From Eledone cirrhosa (taxonomy: Eukaryota), in assembly GCA_964016885.1 (NCBI GenBank), contig OZ024756.1, forward strand, positions 10,664,001 through 10,728,000: a stretch of DNA of 64,000 nt. Direction: 5' to 3'. The translations under genes were made by a program, and so were the position numbers. The notes below the pieces were generated by a model, which was not told the origin of the DNA, searched no databases, and saw nothing but the letters and a program-made list of their open reading frames with translations. Positions 55,833 to 64,000 of this stretch are shown here, one piece after another (positions within the stretch are counted from its first letter, which is position 1; the number at the start of each line of letters is the position of its first letter).

Positions 55833-56054
55833 TTTCCTATGGCTGCCTGTCTATAACATTATGGCGTCATTTTACATGTAGACATATCCTCTGACTGCTG
55901 GCTGTTGAGGAGCAGTTTGGTAAGACTTATAATGAGACTCTTGTGACTGCTGGACTTTAAAAACGGGCAAGAATATATAGTTTTCTCGTCTGTGTAAATG
56001 AGGTGATTAATCTCATTTGCATATGAAGCTGCATAAGTTGACTCAACTTATAAT

Positions 56055-56776
56055 AGAATAGAAATAGGATTTAGCTTCGAACATAGCAGTATACAGATAT
56101 GTACAGGAATTTCGTATTTCTTTAGAAATATGGTATCATCATCATCGTCATCATCATCATTTTACGTCCGCTTTTCCCTGATTGCAAAGGGTGGGACAGG
56201 AACTGATTCTGGCTTGATTTCTACAGCTGGATGCCTTTTCTAACACCAACCTCATTTACAGTGAGTGCTGGGTGCTTTTTTTCCGTGGTGCCTACACGTC
56301 CACTTTACAGTGTGGGCTGGGTGCTTTTTTCTGTGGCACCTCCACAACCACTTTGCAGTGGAATGATAGAGACCCCCAGTCCCTATCATCTCATTTCTAC
56401 AGCTGAGTAAACTGGAGCAATATGAAATAAAGTGCCTTGTTCAAGGAAACAATACATCACCCGGTCTGAGAATTGAACTCACAACCTTTCGATTGCTAGG
56501 CTGAAATGTTTATAGGTAAATATTTAGAAAGCCGTCACTATGCAAAAACACTGGAGGCTATCGCCCACTGGTGGCATCCAAAGTTCGAAATACATCAATG
56601 ATTGTCCCCCTTGCTACTGCTAGACACCACCGATGGGTGATTGCCTCCGGTGCTTTTTGCATAGTTACGGCTTTCTAAATGTTTATCTGTAAACATACCA
56701 TATTTCTTTAGAAATACGAAATTCCAATACACATCTGTATACAGCTATGCTCGAAGCTAAATCCTAATTCTATTCT
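56055..56776. mobile_element. Foldback/MITE-like element interrupted by SINE B (56135-56502)
   Basis: 56055-56135 plus 56507-56577 together pair with 56624-56776 in reverse complement. Confidence 0.75.
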
Positions 56777-56796
56777 CTCTCTCTCTCTCTCTCTCT

Positions 56797-57124
56797 CATC
56801 ATCATTCATCATTTCATTTTACGTCCGCTTTTCCCTGCTTGCAAGGGTGGGACGGGAATTGATGCTGGCTGGATGCCCTTCCTAACACCAACCTCATTTA
56901 CAGTGAGTGCTGGGTGCTTTTTTTGCTGTGGCACCTCCACGACCACTCTACAGTGGAATGATAGGGACCCCAGTCCTATCATCTCATTTCTACAGCTGAG
57001 TAAACTGGAGCAATGTGAAATAAAGTGTCTTGCTCAAGGAAACAACACATCACCTGGTCTGAGAATTGAACTCACAACCTTTCGATTGCAAGGCCAATGC
57101 TCTAACCACTAAGCCATGTGCCTC
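56797..57124 (-). mobile_element. SINE family B
   Basis: Head, CORE-like domain and RTE tail. Confidence 0.88.
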
Positions 57125-57131
57125 TATATAT

Positions 57132-57523
57132 ATTATTTAAATCTACCTAGCCTCTAAAAGTAACGTTTTTTTCAGCCCTATACCTCAACCTCATTTGCAT
57201 ATTCATCTTAATAATTTGAAATATTTGACTTTTCCTCTCTTTCCCTTCTTTCCTTTTACTATCCAGGTAAAACTTGAACCATTAAGCTCTCCTTCCTAGA
57301 TATGTCAATATTTATAAAACAAACTTTGTATTTTATCTGATGAAAGCGTACCAAAGTTTTGGTTCCCTTGAAATATATATAATAGAATAAATATGGTTTC
57401 ATAAATATAGTTTCCATTTATTAATATCATTGATATTATACTCCAGAAAACCTGTCGAATGCTTCGAATCAGTTATAAATATATATATTTGTTGAATTAC
57501 CAACAAATTAAATATCCCTTTTG

Positions 57524-57526
<3 letters not shown>
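57132..57526 (+). mobile_element. Solo PLE 3-family 3' end running to the long end
   Basis: Homologous to 33853-34155; ends CCCTTTTGCTT(AT)n. Confidence 0.82.
57329..57389 (+). ncRNA. Minimal hammerhead ribozyme
   Basis: TATTTTAT-CTGATGA-AAG..ACCAAA..TTTGGT..CTT-GAAA-TATATA-TA-ATAGAATA. Confidence 0.8.
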
Positions 57527-57568
<42 letters not shown>

Positions 57569-57570
<2 letters not shown>

Positions 57571-57904
57571 TCATTTCATTTCATTTCATTTTACATTCGC
57601 TTTTTCCCTGCTTGCAAGGGTGGGACGGGAACTGATTCTGGCTTGATTTCTACAGCTGGATGCCCTTCCTAACACCAACCTCATTTACAGTGAGTGCTGG
57701 GTGCTCTTTTTGCCGTGGCACCTACACGACCACTTTGCAGTGGAATGATAGGGACCCCAGTCCCTATCATCTCATTTCTACAGCTGAGTAAACTGGAGCA
57801 ATGTGAAATAAAGTGTCTTGCTCAAGGAAACAACACATCACCCAGTCTGAGAATTGAACTCACATTGCAAGGCCAATGCTCTAACCACTAAGCCATGTGC
57901 CTCC
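57569..57904 (-). mobile_element. SINE family B
   Basis: Family B sequence with a small internal deletion. Confidence 0.88.
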
Positions 57905-57912
57905 ATATATAT

Positions 57913-58332
57913 AGACAGTTCAAGAGTAAACCAATCTTAAATAGAGAGATAGAAGTAGGATAGGAGAGATTGGTGACTGTGTTAGAAGCCAAAGCTTAAA
58001 AGCGCGTGCTCGATGTGCAATATGCAGTGGAAAGCAGTTGGAAAACTGGGTTCATGCTGAGGTTAGGTGTACAGAGCTGGAGATATTCAGTAGTTAAGCA
58101 AATCAAGACCACAAATTCACATAGAAGACATTAGTCACAGAGTATCAACATTAAGTGCAGTTTAATATAGAAAGGGGACAGTAATGTCAGTTTACAATTG
58201 TTTCACTACTCCATATAATGTTTCTGGATCAATCGATGATAAGAAAGTTATTGATTGCTGCAGAGAAATATAAGTAACATAGTGAGTTGCTAATCTGAGG
58301 ATTCTTTACGGACACATAACCCTCCCATTATA

Positions 58333-58363
<31 letters not shown>

Positions 58364-58756
58364 TTTATTTTTATTTTTATTTTTATTTTTATTTTTATTT
58401 TTATTTTTATTTTTATTTTTATTTTTATTTTTATTTTTATTTTTATTTTTATTTTTATTTTTATTTTTATTTTTATTTTTATTTTTATTTCTGCTTTATA
58501 TATAGTAATAATCTCATTATCCCTCCCTAAGTTCTGAAGATCTGCTCCATAATATTATTCTATGTTACTTATATTTCTCTGTACCAAATCAATAACTTTC
58601 TTACCATTGATTGATCCAGAAACATTATATGGAGTAGTGAAACAATTGTAAACTGACATTACCATCCCCTATCTATATTAAACTGCACTTAATGTTGATA
58701 CTCTGTGACTAATGTCTTCTATGGGAATTTCTGGTCTTGATTTTCTTAACTACTGA

Positions 58757-58760
<4 letters not shown>
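57913..58760. repeat. Foldback insert with ~200-bp arms and (TTTTTA)n in the spacer
   Basis: 58083-58282 versus 58560-58760 in reverse complement. Unique sequence continues about 170 nt left of the left arm. TA-rich flanks. Confidence 0.8.
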
Positions 58761-58796
<36 letters not shown>

Positions 58797-59081
58797 GCAG
58801 AAGTTATATTTAATTTGTTGGGATTCCAACAAGCTTAAAAATTTATAACTGACATAAAGCACTCAACACGAACTGTATTACCCTCAATAACTAATTTTTC
58901 CACTATCCAGTGAACTTTCAACCGTCAAGGTTGTTTTTTCCACGGTTATGTCAATATTTATAAAACAAATCTTGTATTTTATCTGATGAAAGTGCACCAA
59001 GAATGGCTTGGTTCTCCTTGAAATATATATAATAAAATAATTATGGTTTTATAAATATAGTTTCCATTTATTAATATATTG
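58797..59081 (+). mobile_element. Solo PLE 3-family 3' end with flipped tail, in (TA)n
   Basis: 58797-58869 is homologous, inverted, to the tail at 57450-57524; the sense body stops at the short end. Confidence 0.78.
58975..59039 (+). ncRNA. Minimal hammerhead ribozyme
   Basis: TATTTTAT-CTGATGA-AAG..ACCAAG-AATGG-CTTGGT..CTT-GAAA-TATATA-TA-ATAAAATA. Confidence 0.82.
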
Positions 59082-59221
59082 TATATATATATATATATAT
59101 ATATATGCTTAGGGTAAACATTGATGCAATTCAATTCAAGCACTCAACGTACTTATTCCACATAGGAGTAAATATCGAATAAGGAAAACCGAAGTAGTTT
59201 CAGATGTTCAAGTCTTTTAAT

Positions 59222-59393
59222 AATAATTGTTTCTACTTTAGGCACAATTACCCAGTGCATTACTGGTACTTTATTTTATCGACCCCGTAAGGATGAAAGG
59301 CAAAGTCAACCTCGGCGGGATTTGAACTCAGATCGTAAAGGTGGTAACTATGGTGGAAAGCATGGCGTCTGACCCTCTACCGATACTGCCAAT
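59222..59393 (-). mobile_element. SINE family A
   Basis: Family A sequence. Confidence 0.85.
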
Positions 59394-59465
59394 GTGATAT
59401 ATATTTCAATGGCGACAGTGGCCACACTGTTCCATGCGCTATTCTATATATATATATATAAGCAA

Positions 59466-59496
<31 letters not shown>

Positions 59497-59734
59497 CCAT
59501 TTGTGGTTGACAACTGAGAGATAAGAGTACTCAATAGCAAAGTAGAGTTTTAATATTCATTTTATTAAGGCTAAATAGTGAGTCTTGTTATTCTGGAATT
59601 TTGCCTGGTCTTGACAAGGTCAACAGATAAGAACTAATGTTTCAACAACAGACTCTATAATAACCCTCTGCAAGGATGAAAGACAAAATTGACCACGGCG
59701 GGATTTGAACTCACAACCTAAAGGATCTGTAACT

Positions 59735-60760
59735 CATCATCATCATCACCGTTTTATGTCAATGTTTCCTCACTAGCATGGGTTAGACAGGTTGTCCTAT
59801 TGTAGGCAATGCCAAGTCAAGTGACTATGTCTTGCCCATACGGGAACTGATTTTTGCTCAGTTTCTACAGCTGGATGCTCTTCCGAACACCAACCTCATT
59901 TACAGTGAGTACTGGGTGCTTTTTTTTACCGTGGCACCTACACAACCACTTTACAGTGTGAGCTGGGTATTTTTTTTACCGTGGCACCTCTCCAAGACAA
60001 TGTCACTGGACCGAGATCTTTGGCGCTACACAGTTATACAAAAGACCCGCCTTGCCTAAGTACAAAGCGAAACCTACAGTCAGTAGGCACCTCTAACAAA
60101 TACACCCCCGTCCCACTACCCCCCCCCCCCCCCTTAAATCTGAAGTTATGTTGGTACCACAACATCCAGTCCGAAACAAATGAGGTCGTGTAGGTGTCAC
60201 GACAAAAAAACACACAGTACACGTTGTAATGTGGCCGTGTAGGTAACACGGTAAAAACCTCCCAGTCCACACTGTAAACGGGGTTAGTGTTGGGAAGGGC
60301 ACCCAGCCGTAGAAAACCCGCCAGACGTGTAGCTGTCACCACAAAAAAACACACAGTCCACGCTGTAATGTGGCCGTGTAGGTAACACGGTAAAAACCTC
60401 CCAGCCCCACACTGTAAATGTGGTTGGTGTTAGGAAGGGCATCCAGCTGTAGAAAACCCGCCAGACAGTCCTATACGAGCAGGACAACCAATCTTGCCTC
60501 AAATGGGAAAACTCCCCGTCCAAACCCATGCAAACGTGGAAGATGGACGTTAAACGATGATGATGATGATGATGCACCTCCACGACCACTTTACAGTGTG
60601 GGCTGGGTGCTTTTTTGTCGTGGCACCTCCACGACCACTTTACAGTGGGAGGGGGTGGGGGCATATTGTCTATATGCTTCAGCTTCGGTGTGTTCCTGTG
60701 GGAAGTTGGGTCTTCTGTATTACTGCATAACACCAGAGGTCTCGGTCCTATACAATACAT
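59735..60760. mobile_element. Nested retroposons: family C copy (59984-60573, +) inside an older minus-strand relative
   Basis: GCACCTC occurs on both sides of the insert and the interrupted minus-strand body resumes at 60574. Confidence 0.65.
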
Positions 60761-60812
60761 TATGTCTGACACTCTAACAACTCTGCCAACCCACTGCCCT
60801 CATTGCATGCAA

Positions 60813-61568
60813 TCTAAACTATAATAAAGTAAGGAGTGCGAGACTGCGTACGGTTTATAATTTTTTATCCCATTAGTAAAATAAGTTGGATTAAATAAAT
60901 AATTGTTTCTACTTTTGGCACAAGGCCAGCAAATACTGGTACTTTATTTTATCCACCCCGTAAGGATGAAAGGCAAAGTTAACCTCAGCGGGATTTGAAC
61001 TCAGAATGGAAAGGGGCATAACTCTATGCGTCAAATTATCTAATATTCATTCATTACTTTGAATAAATAATTGTTTCTACTATTGGCACAAGGCCAGCAA
61101 TTACCCAGTACATTACTGGTACTTTATTTTATCGACCCCGTCAGGATGAAAGGCAAAGTTAACCTCGGCGGGATTTGAACTTTGAATAAATAATGAATGA
61201 ATATTACATAATTTATCTACTAAATTTCGTGGCTGTTCATTAAATATATTTTATTATTTATTTAAAGATTCACTTCTTTAAAATTTTCAAATGTCAACAC
61301 TTCTAGTGGCAATCGCTTAAATAAATATTCGTATAATTCCGTCGCTAATTTTTTCCTAATGCAGTTTATATATAATATCGTCTTTTTTTAATGTATCATG
61401 GATTACATAAGACAGTGTAACGCAGTCTTTGTTCAATTTCTGTTTATATTGTCAATTACGATGTTATTTGATGTATCGTATCTACATGGATATATACCTG
61501 CGTATAATATCAATATACACACTACACATGCTAGCAGAAAACCACCCGAAGGGTGGTTTTTCTGCTAG
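60813..61568 (+). mobile_element. Non-autonomous Helitron, copy 2, with two partial SINE A insertions
   Basis: A|TCTAAAC...CTGCTAG|T; homologous to 19997-20878. Confidence 0.78.
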
Positions 61569-61571
61569 TAA

Positions 61572-62115
61572 TGGTAATGGTTTCTGATTTATGTACACAG
61601 CCAACAATTTAGGTGGAAGGGAAAGTTGATTACATCAACCCCAGTATGTTACAGGTACTTTACTTTATCGACCCCGTAAGGATGAAAGGCAAAGCTAGCC
61701 TTGGTGATATTTTAAATCAGTAACATTTAAAGAGCCTCAACTTTATACTGCAAAGGGATGTAATTTTATACCGCAAAGCATTTATTGTCTGATGCTCTAC
61801 CGATTACTGACAATCCATAGCATGCAATAATAATAATAATAATGGTTTCTTATATAGGCACAAGGCTAGCAATTTTGGGGGTGGAGGAAAGTCGATTAAA
61901 TCGACCCCAGTGTGTGACTGGTACTTTATTTTATCGACCCCGTAAGGATGAAAGACAAAACGAAATAATTGTTTCTACTATTGGCACAACGCCAGCAATT
62001 ATCCCAGTGTATTACTGGTACTTAATTTTATCGACCCCGGGATTTGAACTCAGAATGGCAAGGGCCGTAACTCTATGCGTCAAAGCATGGCGTCCGACCC
62101 TCTACCGATACTGTC
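61572..62115 (-). mobile_element. Three family A-related SINE remnants of different ages
   Basis: Repeated TATCGACCCCG core and GGCACAA segments. Confidence 0.7.
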
Positions 62116-62360
62116 ATTTCAAAACCATATAATAATAATAATAATAATGCTAATATTTGACTGTAGCAGTTATTATCGTTGTTCACCTGGATTTCCAGGT
62201 TATAAGAGAACTTTCCAGATAGTAGTTGAGCTGAAGAAACCTGATTAGTTTTAATTAGTCTTCATATCTGTCCACTGATCTTTATTATATATAGTTAATT
62301 GCTTTAGCTACTCTAGCAAATTTAATTGGTAGATATTCCATGCTGAAAATGTGGGCACAT

Positions 62361-62406
<46 letters not shown>

Positions 62407-62920
62407 TTACATATATGTATATATATTTATATATAAATATATATATTTTTATATATATGCATATATATTCATATATATGTATATATAATTATATATATAT
62501 ATTATATATATGTATATATATATTTACATATATGTATATATATTTATATATAAATGTATATATTTTTATATATATATGCATATATATTCATATATATGTA
62601 TATATAATTATATATTTATATATATTATATATATATATGTATATATATTTACATATATGTATATATATGTATATATATATATATATGAAATTATATATTC
62701 ATATATATATACACATACAATATTACCTATACATTTATTCTCTCTTCACACTCATTACGAGGTATAAGAGTATATAAGCATGTAATGTATATAATTATGC
62801 CTATACTAATACACATATACACACACACAAACACATATATACCCATACATATACATACACACACACATACATATTTATGCATGCACAGACACATATTTTT
62901 CTCTCTCTATATATATATAT

Positions 62921-63256
62921 CATCATCATTTCATTTTACGTCCGCTTTTCCCTGCTTGCAAGGGTGGGACGGGAACTGATTCTGGCTTGATTTCTACAGC
63001 TGGATGCCCTTCCTGACACCAACCTCATTTACAGTGAGTGCTGGGTGCTTTTTTGCCGTGGCACCTCCACGACCAGTTTGCAGTGGAATGATAGGGACCC
63101 CAGTCCCTATCATCTCATTTCTACAGCTGAGTAAACTGGAGCAATGTGAAATAAAGTGCCTTGCTCAATGAAACAACATATCACCCGGTCTGAGAATTGA
63201 ACTCACAACCTTTCGATTGCAAGGCCAATGCTCTAACCACTAAGCCATGTGCCTCC
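62921..63256 (-). mobile_element. SINE family B, full length
   Basis: Head, CORE-like domain and RTE tail. Confidence 0.9.
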
Positions 63257-63522
63257 ATTACATAACTATATATATATATAGTTATGTAATAAACAACATA
63301 AGGCAATTATTCCATTTACCAGTGGTTTCTTAAAAGCAAAAAATTTTGCTTTCAATCCTCAGAATGAAAAAATCCTGGTCTGTTTATTGAATTTGGATTT
63401 TAAAAAACCTAATGTTGTTTATTACATAACTATTAAGCTCTGTTACCTACATAGAGCACTCTTTTTTCCTGGACTTTTCCGACGGAATTACTTCATTTAC
63501 ACATACATATATATATATATAC

Positions 63523-63938
63523 AGAAGACCTGCCTTGCCTAAGTACAAAGCGAAACCTACAGTCAGTAGGCACCTCTAACAAAAATACACCCCGTCCCAC
63601 TACCCCCACCCCACCCACACCACCCCTTCCAATGTAAAGTTATGTTGCTACCAGTCCGAAACAAATGTAAAGTTATGTTGCTATCCAGTCCGAAACAAAT
63701 GAGGTCGTGTAGGTGTCACGACAAAAAAAAAACACACACAGTCCACGCTGTAATGTGGCCGTGTAGGTAACATGGTAAAAACCTCCCAGTCCACACTGTA
63801 AACGTGGTTGGTGTTAGGAAGGGCATCCAACCGTAGAAAACCCGCCAGACAGTCCTATACGAGCAGGACAACCAATCTTGCCTCAAGTGGGAAAATTCCC
63901 GTCCAAACCCATGCTAGCGTGGAAGATGGACGTTAAAC

Positions 63939-63969
<31 letters not shown>
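63523..63969 (+). mobile_element. Retroposon family C
   Basis: Homologous to 59984-60573; (GAT)n tail. Confidence 0.78.
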
Positions 63970-64000
63970 CATTGATATTAAATAAATGGAGACTATATTT

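Noticed and set aside
59020-59031. Idea that hammerhead cleavage leaves a (UA)n 3' end that directly primes on (TA)n
   Set aside because: No insertion here ends at the predicted cut site; ends lie about 50 or 130-145 nt downstream.

Overview
AT-rich, repeat-dominated animal genomic DNA. The SINE, RTE and microsatellite content resembles octopus or another cephalopod (inference). No confident host gene is present; one weak candidate exon lies at 40840-41018 (-). About 25 kb is two minisatellite arrays: a 52-bp unit at 5.3-19.0 kb and a 47-bp unit at 44.7-55.8 kb. The rest is mostly transposable elements: four Penelope-like retroelements (PLEs; RT and/or GIY-YIG, one with an uninterrupted RT+endonuclease frame), several solo PLE 3' ends, tRNA-derived SINEs, RTE and CR1-type LINE fragments, two copies of a non-autonomous Helitron, and foldback elements. 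Main observation: the PLEs carry minimal hammerhead ribozymes with compensatory stem changes, sit in (TA)n tracts, and repeatedly show two element 3' ends pointing outward, one stopping at a fixed short end and the other at a fixed long end. Arm length runs from about 1.9 kb down to tens of bp, which fits twin priming on a palindromic (TA)n target (hypothesis). All coordinates were read by eye and may be off by a few bases.
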